The notes: generated by a model not told the origin, from the sequence alone. A stretch of 56,448 bases of DNA from a virus (IMGVR_UViG_3300038321_000147:1-56448), one strand, 5' to 3'; numbered from the stretch's first letter, positions 46,316-56,356 are shown. Numbers and translations are program-made.

Positions 46316-46774
46316 CTATTGTTCAGGTATTTGATTCATCGTTAATATATTATTTATAGTTTCGACATTATTTTGTCTGACCTGTTCGTTGAGCTTCTTC
46401 GCTGCCTCGGCCCTTATCTCCTTAGGGATTAAACCAAGGAAAAACTCCTTAGATGCATTCTCATCGTAGGCCAATTCATAAAATAATGCGCTAAATGCGT
46501 CTGTTTTACTAAATCTTATAGCTCTATCATCATCCTTTTCAAATGTCCCGGTCTCCGGATCCCTCTCGCCGTATGCCCTTAGGATTATTTTCTTAAGTAG
46601 ATCGATTGTCTTCTTAGCGTTATTCGTTTCAACCGCATGTTCGAGGTTTTCGATTAAACCGCCTTTTGTGTATGTTTCTAATTCCAACCATTCAAATTTG
46701 TTAAGATGGAAATATAATGTATCCGTTCTGACATTGTCATCATAATCATTATATTGGATTACTTTTTTAATCAT
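46316..46774 (-). CDS. tail assembly chaperone
   Basis: Directly after the major tail gene; LYFHL, AYGER. Confidence 0.7.
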   Translation of the reverse strand: MIKKVIQYNDYDDNVRTDTLYFHLNKFEWLELETYTKGGLIENLEHAVETNNAKKTIDLLKKIILRAYGERDPETGTFEKDDDRAIRFSKTDAFSALFYELAYDENASKEFFLGLIPKEIRAEAAKKLNEQVRQNNVETINNILTMNQIPEQ

Positions 46775-46790
46775 AATATTCTCCTCTCAT

Positions 46791-46819
46791 AATATAAAAG
46801 GGGCGTTTAAGCCCCCTTT
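46791..46819 (-). terminator. terminator after the major tail gene
   Basis: GGGGC/GCCCC hairpin followed by TTTTATATT. Confidence 0.7.
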
Positions 46820-46827
46820 AAAATTGT

Positions 46828-47496
46828 TTAACCTTCTGTTGGGTTAAATATCGCTGCCACATCGGCAGGTAATAATAAGGTTGGTCCTTCTAATTCAGTC
46901 CCATATAATTTTTCAAGGAATATATCGAGTTTCGCTTTATTTTCGGCTGTAAATTTAGTACTGTCAATAACTAAATGCGCAGTCGGCTTTCCTCCAGGAA
47001 CAGCTACCTTTGTAGTTGTGAAGTCGAAGCTAAGCTCTTCAAGTTCTGGAGATTCATTCATCGTAGTATGATCTCTAGCAGTAACACCTGCCAATGCGTT
47101 GTATACGAGATGAATCTTAAAACCATGGTCAACGCCATTCGTATCGCTAACAATTTTAGTTCTATAAGAGAAACCAAACATTGTATGGGTCTGTTGTCCT
47201 ACAGCAACGCCGGGAGATAATTCCATCTCGCCGATTGAGGACTTAAATTCGTCTGGATACATATAGCACCCAATGGTTCCAGCAAATTCTTCCTCGGACA
47301 TTATTTCGATATACTTCTGATTGTCCGCATAGAATGGGTTTGGTTCCCCTCCAGTCGGAGCCTCATTAACTGAAGTTAATCCGTTCCATGGAACACCAGT
47401 CTCGTATGCGGTACCTTTAAATGGAAATAGTACACCTTGGTCAACACCAGTTTCACCAAGTCTTTCTCCTAATTGATCCCAAACTATTTTACTCAT
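46828..47496 (-). CDS. major tail protein
   Basis: ETGVDQGVL, WNGL, YADN, FGFSYRT, IHLVYN. Confidence 0.85.
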   Translation of the reverse strand: MSKIVWDQLGERLGETGVDQGVLFPFKGTAYETGVPWNGLTSVNEAPTGGEPNPFYADNQKYIEIMSEEEFAGTIGCYMYPDEFKSSIGEMELSPGVAVGQQTHTMFGFSYRTKIVSDTNGVDHGFKIHLVYNALAGVTARDHTTMNESPELEELSFDFTTTKVAVPGGKPTAHLVIDSTKFTAENKAKLDIFLEKLYGTELEGPTLLLPADVAAIFNPTEG

Positions 47497-47527
47497 ATTT
47501 TATCTCCCTCTTCTATATGATTTTTTG

Positions 47528-47743
47528 TTAAGAAAGTGTTATTTCTTTCCAATCGTCTGCCGATGCGGCAGAGTCAGTTGCTATGGCCATATATCCCTTA
47601 CCAAGAACAGTGTCAACATAGATCTGACCAATAAAATCCGCATGCTCTAATGGTGCAGCGGCGCCAGTAAGAGGTGTCAATGCTTCTAAAACTCTCATAC
47701 TTCTAGAACCGTAATCTGGATAAGTTATTTTTTGTTTTGACAT
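47528..47743 (-). CDS. hypothetical virion protein
   Basis: 71 aa; FIGQIYVDT...W. Confidence 0.65.
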   Translation of the reverse strand: MSKQKITYPDYGSRSMRVLEALTPLTGAAAPLEHADFIGQIYVDTVLGKGYMAIATDSAASADDWKEITLS

Positions 47744-47755
47744 AGTATTCTCCTT

Positions 47756-48064
47756 TTAATAATATAGTGAGTAAACGTCATGATTTAGACCATCTACTGC
47801 GAAGTTATTTAAGAAACTACAATACTGCATTTTCGATACTTTGTCTGGAATTAATGAATCGGGGTCGGTATCAATGACAGTTATCATGTATCTTTTCATA
47901 CCGTAATATTTAATATCATCCGCATAAAATGGATCCTCTGCATCTCTTTTATATATGATGCAGGGATAATTTAAACGTATGGAAGTTGGTGGTTGAAAAT
48001 ATACATTATTAGATCCTAAAATTTCTATTAACTTATTATGGAGACTTAGCCGGTCTTTTGCCAT
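47756..48064 (-). CDS. tail terminator
   Basis: VYFQPP..YPCIIY; start corrected to MAKDRL. Confidence 0.75.
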   Translation of the reverse strand: MAKDRLSLHNKLIEILGSNNVYFQPPTSIRLNYPCIIYKRDAEDPFYADDIKYYGMKRYMITVIDTDPDSLIPDKVSKMQYCSFLNNFAVDGLNHDVYSLYY

Positions 48065-48371
48065 TGTAAAGTCCCCCAATCTGTAATATGATTCTAGGTC
48101 GATTAATACTGATAGATTGAATCTTCCACGTCGCACCATTCCAGACAATATATTTAATATTTCCAATATTTTGATAGGCATATGGATCTGCGATAATTGA
48201 AATTGAATTATCGAGGTTTAAATTGTCGTTAACCTGTTCAGATGATTGCCATCTTCGTTGGTCTAAAACGATATCGCCCCGATAATTCTTTTCAACAATC
48301 GTGTCCGTCCAAACACCTGGGGCCGTCTCACTTTGGAGAGCATAACCTATCGCACCATAAAATTTAGCCAT
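48036..48371 (-). CDS. head-to-tail stopper/adaptor
   Basis: MAKFYGAIGY..ETAPGVW; directly after the capsid gene. Confidence 0.75.
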   Translation of the reverse strand: MAKFYGAIGYALQSETAPGVWTDTIVEKNYRGDIVLDQRRWQSSEQVNDNLNLDNSISIIADPYAYQNIGNIKYIVWNGATWKIQSISINRPRIILQIGGLYNGKRPAKSP

Positions 48372-48397
48372 AATAGGCTACCTCCTTCCATTTTGAA

Positions 48398-50224
48398 TTA
48401 TTCGCCAGTTTTTGGAATAACTTCCAATTTCCAGTAAGCTATAGCTGAATGAGGCATTGTTAATGCTCCAGAACATCTAGTCTCGATTAAGTATTTGTAT
48501 TGGTTGAAGTCAATGTCGAAATCATCAAACATTGTAACACTTCCACCTTTATCCGCACCAAGAGAGTAATCATTCATATTAACTGAAATACCAATAAGTC
48601 TCTTTTGTAGACCATCCTCCAATTCTGTTGCTGCTTCCAGAACAACAACTTTGTTTTCCATAACAGGAACTTCAACAATTTCTCTTGCACGAATACCAGC
48701 TGCTAAATCGGCCTCAGTATTGTAAAGACGTCTACCTGTTGTATCTTTTAAAAGAAGCATGTCGCCATTAACATCAGGAGTAGTAAAGAAAGTAGGAACA
48801 CCAGTACCCTTGTATTTCTTACGTCCTAGTATAATTTGGTCGATCATTTGAGCAGTGGTTGCTGCTGCGGGAATTTGAACTTCTACAGTATAAACACTAT
48901 CGTCAGTTGCGATTGGTCTTATTTTATCTTCTTTAATCTTGTCATCAGAAGAAGATAATCTACCGTCGCCAACTAATTGTGCTCTAGCGATTTCCTCTTC
49001 GAGCATCATTCTCATTTCCATTCTTAACCATACAACAACGTCAAAGTCTGTGATATCAACTATGTCATCACGATCCAATTTTTGTTTCTTGTAAACAGTT
49101 TGAGGATCAGTTGTTCTTTTTAACAATGTAAATACTTCATCAATTTTTTCGTTGCCTGTTACATAACCTCTAGCACGTGCCTCTTCAGCCGTAATGTCTG
49201 CAAGCACAGTTTTGATTCTTGCAAAAGGAACATGTTTAGCAGCACCAAAAACTTTGGAAACCCATTCAGTGTCTCTTTTAATAAATGTTGGGGTGTTAGT
49301 TGTTGTTCTTGCGTCTGGGAATAAATAACCGATGTTATCTATACCATATGTGCCAGCGTGTGCAAGTACATCTCCTTGATGTTCGTAATCTTCAAATGCA
49401 TCTCTAATGCTAGCATAACCATGTGCTAGGAATGCATTTTTTAATGTTGACTGGGACTGTCTAGCATCGTTGAAAATTTCACGAAGTTTCTCTCTTGTTA
49501 GGTTCCCATGTGTTAAGTTCTGGTCAGTTGGGTCAAAAATATTTTTCTTCATAGTATCGTCTCCTTCAATATTGGAATGTTTTACATCTTTTTCATTTGA
49601 CTCTAATGCTTGTGCTATTAATGTGTATACTACTAATTGTTGGTCCTCATCTAACGTTTCAAAAACTTCAGCCACGGTCTTTTGATCTTTGGCCGCATGT
49701 TTAAGTTCGTCATCCTTTGGATCAATTTCTTCTTCGTCCGGAATCTCGATTGCATCATGTACGAGTGCTCCGATAGAGATGATAGCTTCCTCATCGTCTT
49801 GAACTACGCTACCGTCGGCATGCTCAAATGCGAGATTGTCGATATACGCCCCTGGGTTAGCACCTGAGATAACTAGGGACACTTCTCTGATAACTCCATG
49901 AACTACATTAGTCCCTTTTTGTACTAGCGAATTCGCATAGATACTAAGAGAGTCGATGTCTCCATGCTTTACCAAATCTTTTGCAACTTTTCCGGATTCA
50001 GTGTTGTTCAAATAGCAGTAGCTATATACGCCGTCAGCTCTGTTTTCTAAGACAGCATGTCCCAACACATTTTTTGGGTCATTGTGAAGATGCTGGTAAA
50101 CTAATGGTACTTTTGCACCGTCCATATCTTCGAAGGCGTTTTGCATAATGGTTCGACCATCTGCACATTTTAGACCGACCTTAGTGGCATATCCGCTAAA
50201 ATCATACTTTTTTTTCTTATTCAT
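48398..50224 (-). CDS. prohead protease - major capsid protein fusion (HK97 fold)
   Basis: N-terminal FSGYA, PLVYQH, SLSI, EVSLV..GANPGA; acidic linker; C-terminal capsid domain DIDFNQYKYLIETR. Confidence 0.85.
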   Translation of the reverse strand: MNKKKKYDFSGYATKVGLKCADGRTIMQNAFEDMDGAKVPLVYQHLHNDPKNVLGHAVLENRADGVYSYCYLNNTESGKVAKDLVKHGDIDSLSIYANSLVQKGTNVVHGVIREVSLVISGANPGAYIDNLAFEHADGSVVQDDEEAIISIGALVHDAIEIPDEEEIDPKDDELKHAAKDQKTVAEVFETLDEDQQLVVYTLIAQALESNEKDVKHSNIEGDDTMKKNIFDPTDQNLTHGNLTREKLREIFNDARQSQSTLKNAFLAHGYASIRDAFEDYEHQGDVLAHAGTYGIDNIGYLFPDARTTTNTPTFIKRDTEWVSKVFGAAKHVPFARIKTVLADITAEEARARGYVTGNEKIDEVFTLLKRTTDPQTVYKKQKLDRDDIVDITDFDVVVWLRMEMRMMLEEEIARAQLVGDGRLSSSDDKIKEDKIRPIATDDSVYTVEVQIPAAATTAQMIDQIILGRKKYKGTGVPTFFTTPDVNGDMLLLKDTTGRRLYNTEADLAAGIRAREIVEVPVMENKVVVLEAATELEDGLQKRLIGISVNMNDYSLGADKGGSVTMFDDFDIDFNQYKYLIETRCSGALTMPHSAIAYWKLEVIPKTGE

Positions 50225-50249
50225 ATTTCCTCCTATTGATTTATAAACA

Positions 50250-51572
50250 TCAGAGTGTTTTGAGTTCGCGTTTCAAACGTTCGATTTGTTCGGAAACCTT
50301 CTCCCGCGTTGGTGGATGCTCGATTAAATCTTCTTCCTCCTCTGCTTTCGGTTTAATGTTATTTCCATTTTGATTATTTGGTTCCGGCATATTCTTATTA
50401 CTTAATTCATTTGCACGTGGTTCATTTGATGGTTTTCTACCAATAATCTGACGTAATTCATTAGATGTTAGTATGGCATTACGGCTAAATACATCCGCAA
50501 TATTGGCTAATTCAGTAGCTGGAACAAGTCTGAATATGTCACGGAAACCCATGATGGAATGGCCTTGGGTTCTTGCTGTTTTTGTCAAGAACTTGCGAAT
50601 CATTTCATCGACGATCGCTGTAACAATTGGTTCGACTGTTCGGTCGTAATAATTACGAAGCTCCGACTCAGTAGCCTTTCCCGTAAATATAGCCTCGGAC
50701 ATACCAAGTTGATTGTAGAATGTTGTTGTCAAATATTGAACTTGTGCTAATAAATTATTCTCAACTGGACGATTTAACTGTGTGATGCGTTCGGTAGCAT
50801 CAGCATAGGCTATACCATATTGACTACCTTCTAGTTGATCGGCAATCGCTTGGACTCTACCTTTGGCTTCCGCTTTTCTTGTTTCTGACTTGACGGTATA
50901 TGGTAATTGGATGATTAGATCTAATTTACCAGAACTCATCTTATCATCGGTTACATCGAGAAGACTAAGTTTACTTCTTAATCGTTGTAAGGTTGAGTTT
51001 GGTTCGTTCATAATTGCATATAATGGATTTTCAATTATACCAACAATCGATTTTGGAACCGTTATTGTTTGTTTTACACCACGATTATCGTCGTAAACTT
51101 CAACTCGAACGTGATTTGGAAACCATTCCTTAATTTTACCAGTTCTAAGTGATAAAATCTTATATCCATCGGATATCGTTGGGTTTACCATTGTGTCAAC
51201 CGGTACAATCGCAACGACACCTTCGTCAAACATACTCATCACAATGTCCTGAATAAATGCTCGACCTGTTTGATCTTTATTTGCCTCCACGGTAAGACAA
51301 TGGTTTAAAGAGTCTTTAATTGTTTCTAAATAACGATCTTCATTATCCAACCGGACATGTTGTAGATCGAAACTAGCAACATCCATTGCGATTTTTGTGG
51401 TAATAGTTGAAATAATAGATCTTTCGCTTCCCCTGGATAAACGAACTTGTCCTGGGTTGACCGATGAGACGTATCCGAGATCTTGGGTGACATACCGTGT
51501 GTTTTCTTCAGGATTTCTAAAGACATTCCAGGCATGTTTCAACCTGTTGCTAAATGAATCCATTTCAATCAC
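50250..51572 (-). CDS. portal protein
   Basis: Position; HK97-like portal, C-terminal TSNELRQIIG. Confidence 0.85.
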   Translation of the reverse strand: MIEMDSFSNRLKHAWNVFRNPEENTRYVTQDLGYVSSVNPGQVRLSRGSERSIISTITTKIAMDVASFDLQHVRLDNEDRYLETIKDSLNHCLTVEANKDQTGRAFIQDIVMSMFDEGVVAIVPVDTMVNPTISDGYKILSLRTGKIKEWFPNHVRVEVYDDNRGVKQTITVPKSIVGIIENPLYAIMNEPNSTLQRLRSKLSLLDVTDDKMSSGKLDLIIQLPYTVKSETRKAEAKGRVQAIADQLEGSQYGIAYADATERITQLNRPVENNLLAQVQYLTTTFYNQLGMSEAIFTGKATESELRNYYDRTVEPIVTAIVDEMIRKFLTKTARTQGHSIMGFRDIFRLVPATELANIADVFSRNAILTSNELRQIIGRKPSNEPRANELSNKNMPEPNNQNGNNIKPKAEEEEDLIEHPPTREKVSEQIERLKRELKTL

Positions 51573-52044
51573 CCTTCCTCATTAGATTTTCTTTCTTGTA
51601 AGCAACCTTACCAGATTTAAAAACGCCTTTTCTTAACTGCTCCATATCGTAACCTGCATCAGCGACTGCTGTGTGAACCCCAATTTCCCCACGTTTAGCG
51701 ACAAACTTTAACACTCGCCCAGATGGAGCCTGTATTCCAGAAACTCTTTCGTTCATGAGCGATGCTAATTTATTGTTATACTGTAAAATTGTGGCGGACG
51801 AAATACGACCAGTTGAAGTATATGACATTTCTAATTGGGTTTTAACAAAGTTGTCCATTTCTTTCGATGTTGTTTTTTGAATTTTTGCCCTAATTTTTTC
51901 ACCTTTTGTTTCAGCCCACTTGATGTCTTTCTTATCTAGTCGGGCACGCCCCTTTGGCGTCAGGGATCCATCAGGGTTCTGATACCGTCTAACTCCCCAT
52001 TTCATTCCCTTAATTCCATGATGTTGAAGGACTGTCTGATTCAT
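51565..52044 (-). CDS. HHGxxGxKWGVRR-motif protein (candidate internal head protein)
   Basis: LQHHGIKGMKWGVRRYQNPDGSLT. Confidence 0.75.
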   Translation of the reverse strand: MNQTVLQHHGIKGMKWGVRRYQNPDGSLTPKGRARLDKKDIKWAETKGEKIRAKIQKTTSKEMDNFVKTQLEMSYTSTGRISSATILQYNNKLASLMNERVSGIQAPSGRVLKFVAKRGEIGVHTAVADAGYDMEQLRKGVFKSGKVAYKKENLMRKGD

Positions 52045-52056
52045 AGTTGGTCCTCC

Positions 52057-52704
52057 TTATTTCTTATCTTTGGATTTCATACCAAATGCATCGTCTGCGA
52101 ATTGTGGAGCCATTTGTCGCACAAAGATCTTTGCGCTACCTAAAAAGACACCTTTACTAAATTCGGATAAGGCTTCCCCGCCGCCTTTAAGTACTGCCTT
52201 TTTCACAAAAGATTCACTCTTCTCTATCTTCTCAGCAGTTAGTCTTTTATAGGTTTCCTCTAATTGTAGTCTTTCATTCAACTTTTTTAGTTCTTCATTT
52301 GAAAGTCCACCTGGAGCTTTAGATTTGGAATCTCGACTCTTAATATGATCTTCGGATTTACTAGATCCTTCCTCGCGTCTTTTTCCAGCAAGAGTCCTAG
52401 TTCCATCTTTGTTTTGAAACCGTCTAACTCCCCATTTTTGACCTAAAATACCGTAATGGTATAGTTGGTTAATCGGTGTGGTTGTATCGATTTTAAACGG
52501 TTGTTCGTAGGTATCTTTTTCGCCCGATCGTCGCTTTAAATCCCTTATTGTATCTTCGACTTCGCGCTCACTTCTGAGTCGCTCCAACATACGGCGAAGT
52601 TCGGGTAAAGATAATTCCGAAATACTTTTAGTTTTGTCAGGCTCTAGGTTAAATCGGGTATCAGTTGGTTCGTCGTAATAATGTTTAATAATTTTATTGG
52701 CCAT
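52057..52704 (-). CDS. HYGxxGxKWGVRR-motif protein (candidate internal head protein)
   Basis: LYHYGILGQKWGVRRFQNKDGTRT; start corrected to MANKIIKH (AAGGAG RBS); two LSxxEL...ERLxxE repeats. Confidence 0.75.
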   Translation of the reverse strand: MANKIIKHYYDEPTDTRFNLEPDKTKSISELSLPELRRMLERLRSEREVEDTIRDLKRRSGEKDTYEQPFKIDTTTPINQLYHYGILGQKWGVRRFQNKDGTRTLAGKRREEGSSKSEDHIKSRDSKSKAPGGLSNEELKKLNERLQLEETYKRLTAEKIEKSESFVKKAVLKGGGEALSEFSKGVFLGSAKIFVRQMAPQFADDAFGMKSKDKK

Positions 52705-52720
52705 CCGCTTCTCCTTTCTA

Positions 52721-53239
52721 TTAATATTTATCAACTTGTTCTTTAAACTGTAAAGTTTCAAGATGATGATCTTTAATACGCCATGGATCATCTTTATATA
52801 TTGGATGATCTGAATAATATAGTGGATTTTTATCTCTTATTTCTTGAATCCATCTAGTAAGTCTTTCGTGTCGACTCAAATCTTCTTTAAAATCTCTCCA
52901 ATGTCCATGTTCTTTATACTGATTTCCTAGAAGATTTTTGGGGTTTTCATAATCTTAGCATGAATATAATCTAAATCTTTCTCAGTGATGCTTAATATTT
53001 CTTTTTCTTTGGTGGTGAGATTCGGAATTTTTGATCGTCTTAGTTTTTCTGTTTCGTGCTGTCGGAGCTCTTGTTTATCTATCTGTGAAATCCGTTTCTT
53101 ACCTTGCGGTGTAAGACTACCATCTTTATTCTGATATCGTCTAACCCCCCCACTTCATACCTAGAATACCAAAGTGCCGTAATTCTGGATTAGATCGAAG
53201 TGTTTCTATATCGGAATGTTTAATAACTTTATTCGCCAT
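52721..53239 (-). pseudogene. frameshifted HFGxxGxKWGVRR-motif gene
   Basis: MANKVIKH...LRHFGILGMKWG then G7 run (53145-53151) gives a stop; G6 restores VRRYQNKDGSLT; a second shift near 52955 is needed to reach the stop at 52721. Confidence 0.7.
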
Positions 53240-53255
53240 TTAGTTCCATCACCTC

Positions 53256-55001
53256 CTATTCAAATTCATCTTTGTTTAATTTATATGCAACGTAAGCATC
53301 TAGTAAAGCTGAGACGGCATCTATCTTTTCATCTCTATGTTTCTTTAGGAGCTTACGATTACCATTAGTATCTTCCTCCGTCACTGCATTACCCATTGTA
53401 AAACTAAATAACTCTTGATCGAATATTAGTAAGCGTTCCTCCGACAGTTTCTTTAGCTCTCCAAGTGGAACTGATTCAGTTTTAGAACCTTGTATAACTT
53501 TCTCTATCGCATATGGACCATTTTCTTTTTCCCATCTCGCTATAAATTCTTGGGCGTTATAGGGGTCAAAACCAACACTTCTAACGTCATATTGCATCGC
53601 GTCGATGTATCCCTCAAGGTCATCATATACGTCCATCATATCAAGCACCGTACCGTCAAGAATCATTAGTGATCCTTCATTGATGAAATCGTCATACTTA
53701 ATACGAAGTGCGCCAGGGAGTCTAGATAGAGTTAAACTGGTAATATAACATCGGGTCTTAATTCCGAATTCATCTCGTCCGAGTGGGAATAAAAATGTGA
53801 AGGCACAGAAGTCATCCCCTTGGGATAAGTCGACGCCCATCGAACAAACACATTTCCAAAAGGATCTTCGTCTATGTAGTTCAGTTTCTTCGTATGTAAA
53901 GAAATATGTATACCCTGCCATTGGTATTCCGAAACGTTTAGCAAGAATATCGTTACGAGTAGATGGAGCTTTTTCAGCACGCTCAACGTCCCTTTGATAG
54001 GTTTCGTATGAAACTGTCTTACCGATGTTTGGCTGGGCTTTTTGCCACATATTTGGATCTGCTACTTCTTCGATGTCGTCCAATCTATAGTACCAGATGG
54101 ACACATGATCGGCTATGTAGTCGCCTCGGAGTATGTCCATTAATTCCATTTTGACTGTATCGCCAGCACTGTTACGAACTGTACCTTCAGAACTCATCGC
54201 AACGATTAACCAGTCATCCAATTTAGATGCACCTTGTTCAACGGCCCCGATAACGTCCTCACGAATGTTACCAGATAACCATTCATCAATAGTTGTAATC
54301 TTCGGTCGTAAACCTTGTAGCTTATCTATTGTCATGGCACGAACTTCTAGGAGTGATCCAGTTAGAAAATTCTCAATGCCTTTTTTAGTAGATGTTAATT
54401 TCGTACGATTAGATTTAGCTCCTGTCGTATTGAAGATCGAACCTTCTGTTAGGAATTTATACAATGGTCCACGACTTCTTGTAATAGCTGTCCTAATCGG
54501 CGACATTACCTCGTCCGCTTGCTTCATTGTTGGCGCGGTTGTTACCTGATGTGTAGTTGTCGTATCGACACTTATAAAATAATTTTGTATACAACTTCCA
54601 TACATCGATTTAGCTGCACCACGTGCAACAATTAGAAACTGTTTATTTATTAATCTCTTCTTAACCCATCGATCTTCATAACCTCCGGGTTCCAAACCAT
54701 TTCCAGGTATGAAAATTGATCTCTTTTCGAAATAGTACCAGCCAAAGATATCTTCAGCCCAAAGTTTGAAAGTGTCTAAAAGGTGGAGATCAGATCCATC
54801 GGTGAGTGTCAGCTCATTCTCACAAAATAAGATGAAACCCTCTACGGCATCTTCATCGTAATAGTATTCGGGATTACGAATACGATCATCAATTCTATTC
54901 ATCTGGAGAGAAATTTCATTGTTGACAAGTATTTCGCCTCTCAACACGGCTTCACGAAATTCACCATAATACCGAGGAGTGGCCGTGTTAGATAACTTCA
55001 A
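53256..55001 (-). CDS. terL: terminase large subunit
   Basis: VARGAAKS Walker A, TIDEW Walker B, GVDLS, GFDPYN, KIDAVSA nuclease motifs. Confidence 0.9.
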   Translation of the reverse strand: MKLSNTATPRYYGEFREAVLRGEILVNNEISLQMNRIDDRIRNPEYYYDEDAVEGFILFCENELTLTDGSDLHLLDTFKLWAEDIFGWYYFEKRSIFIPGNGLEPGGYEDRWVKKRLINKQFLIVARGAAKSMYGSCIQNYFISVDTTTTHQVTTAPTMKQADEVMSPIRTAITRSRGPLYKFLTEGSIFNTTGAKSNRTKLTSTKKGIENFLTGSLLEVRAMTIDKLQGLRPKITTIDEWLSGNIREDVIGAVEQGASKLDDWLIVAMSSEGTVRNSAGDTVKMELMDILRGDYIADHVSIWYYRLDDIEEVADPNMWQKAQPNIGKTVSYETYQRDVERAEKAPSTRNDILAKRFGIPMAGYTYFFTYEETELHRRRSFWKCVCSMGVDLSQGDDFCAFTFLFPLGRDEFGIKTRCYITSLTLSRLPGALRIKYDDFINEGSLMILDGTVLDMMDVYDDLEGYIDAMQYDVRSVGFDPYNAQEFIARWEKENGPYAIEKVIQGSKTESVPLGELKKLSEERLLIFDQELFSFTMGNAVTEEDTNGNRKLLKKHRDEKIDAVSALLDAYVAYKLNKDEFE

Positions 55002-55016
55002 ATTAATTACACCTCT

Positions 55017-55268
55017 CTACTTAATTGTCGATAATGGGACTTCCTGACCGGGACCTAAGAAATCAAGATTCCCAAATGACACTGGAGCCAATACTGACTT
55101 TTTCGGGTCGTACTTGTATATTAAAATACACAAGTCATTTCCGTCGTTTTCTGAATCGCTAAAAATAAATCCAAACGCTCCATCGAACTCTAAAATCTGT
55201 TTAAGGTGATTGGCATCTGTTAGCTTATTAGCTTCAACGTAGGCCTCATGTACATTTATCGCATTCAT
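55017..55268 (-). CDS. hypothetical protein
   Basis: 83 aa, coupled ORF. Confidence 0.6.
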   Translation of the reverse strand: MNAINVHEAYVEANKLTDANHLKQILEFDGAFGFIFSDSENDGNDLCILIYKYDPKKSVLAPVSFGNLDFLGPGQEVPLSTIK

Positions 55269-55618
55269 ATAGTGTCGCCCACTTCGACAAGTTTATTTGT
55301 TTGGACAGTAATACGCCACTCATACTCAGAAATCTGTTTCTCGATCGAGTCGACAAGAAAGGAATTCTGTGGAGGATCGAACATCAGTCGAACTTTTAAA
55401 TAAACAAACGATTTAATTATTTCAAGATCTTTTCGTCCCTGTGTAAATTCTTCCCAAACATTATTCTTATCCGTGATGGAGTAGAATTCTGGTCCAACGC
55501 CCAACTGATTTATAATCATAAGGGCTCCGTTGATATGTATGATTAATTCCTTATCGAAATTATTATCATTGACGTCGATGCCAAGTAATTGCTTTATAGA
55601 ATCCAAAATACTTACCAT
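55265..55618 (-). CDS. head-tail connector (gp6-like)
   Basis: SILDSIKQLLG..FD.ELIIHIN; VYLKVRLMFDPP. Confidence 0.7.
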   Translation of the reverse strand: MVSILDSIKQLLGIDVNDNNFDKELIIHINGALMIINQLGVGPEFYSITDKNNVWEEFTQGRKDLEIIKSFVYLKVRLMFDPPQNSFLVDSIEKQISEYEWRITVQTNKLVEVGDTI

Positions 55619-56022
55619 AGTAGGGTGTCCCCCTTTCTTCTTTCTCGTGGCAATCTTAATAGATTATTTTCATTACCATATGTGATAGCCTGATGTGTGT
55701 TAAAAGATGTAGATATTAAGAATTCTGGATCGAGTAACGCGTCATAATTATTTTCAAAGTCATCGATAATTATCGGGTTCATATGGTGAACATAGATTCG
55801 ATCTAAAATATCCCGTCCTGGAATTCCTAAGTCGCACCCATTGTCTCTAAGGATTACTTGATTCCTAGCTTGCTTCCAGTCATATGATGTGTAAAAAATC
55901 TGATTTAAATATCTATCTCTTCCAAACGTTTGATGGCCGACTTTTCCGCCTAAAACTAAATAAGCAAATCTCTCTTCGAAAGTTGGTATGGTGATTAGTT
56001 CAGAATATGTTTTAATCATCAT
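55612..56022 (-). CDS. HNH endonuclease (packaging-associated)
   Basis: RD.GCD...VHHMN...LI...THQAI; next to the terminase genes. Confidence 0.75.
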   Translation of the reverse strand: MMIKTYSELITIPTFEERFAYLVLGGKVGHQTFGRDRYLNQIFYTSYDWKQARNQVILRDNGCDLGIPGRDILDRIYVHHMNPIIIDDFENNYDALLDPEFLISTSFNTHQAITYGNENNLLRLPRERRKGDTLLW

Positions 56023-56356
56023 ATCGATTGTCGATGTCGTCTGCTCCAGAATATGCGCGCATGGCTTTGAGCGCGTCTGAATAGAGTTCTTCGACCCTCT
56101 TCTGTGATTGGAGTGCTTCAGTTTTTGCCGCGATTAATTCTTTTTGTAATTCGAGAATCTGCTTCTCGGTCTTAGCGGTTGGAGAACCAGCCTTCATCAA
56201 ATATACAAGTTCTTGTGCACTTGCCGTTCCATTTCTAATTCTTTTTTCAGTGGCGTCCATGGCAAGGGCCACTAACTGTTGTTCTCTTCCTTCTGGAGTT
56301 GTAGCCGGTGGAGTTCTTGCTAACTTTTCAGCAGAAGTTGTATACTTTTTAGCCAT
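56012..56356 (-). CDS. putative terminase small subunit
   Basis: First gene of the packaging module; helical/coiled coil; start corrected to MAKKY (GGGGG RBS). Confidence 0.55.
   Translation of the reverse strand: MAKKYTTSAEKLARTPPATTPEGREQQLVALAMDATEKRIRNGTASAQELVYLMKAGSPTAKTEKQILELQKELIAAKTEALQSQKRVEELYSDALKAMRAYSGADDIDNRYDD

Noticed and set aside
45765-46774. Programmed frameshift between the tail chaperones
   Set aside because: No clear slippery heptamer near the first stop, and the second gene has its own G-rich RBS
47756-52791. Long N-terminal extensions in track ORFs (48181, 52791; also 22024, 23439, 23659, 25499, 18975, 56419)
   Set aside because: They run through promoters, terminators or neighbouring genes; downstream ATGs have proper RBSs
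1206-54549. All plus-strand ORFs in the track, including the 140-220 aa ones opposite the tape measure gene
   Set aside because: They are antisense shadows of minus-strand genes, with no recognisable motifs and no convincing RBS
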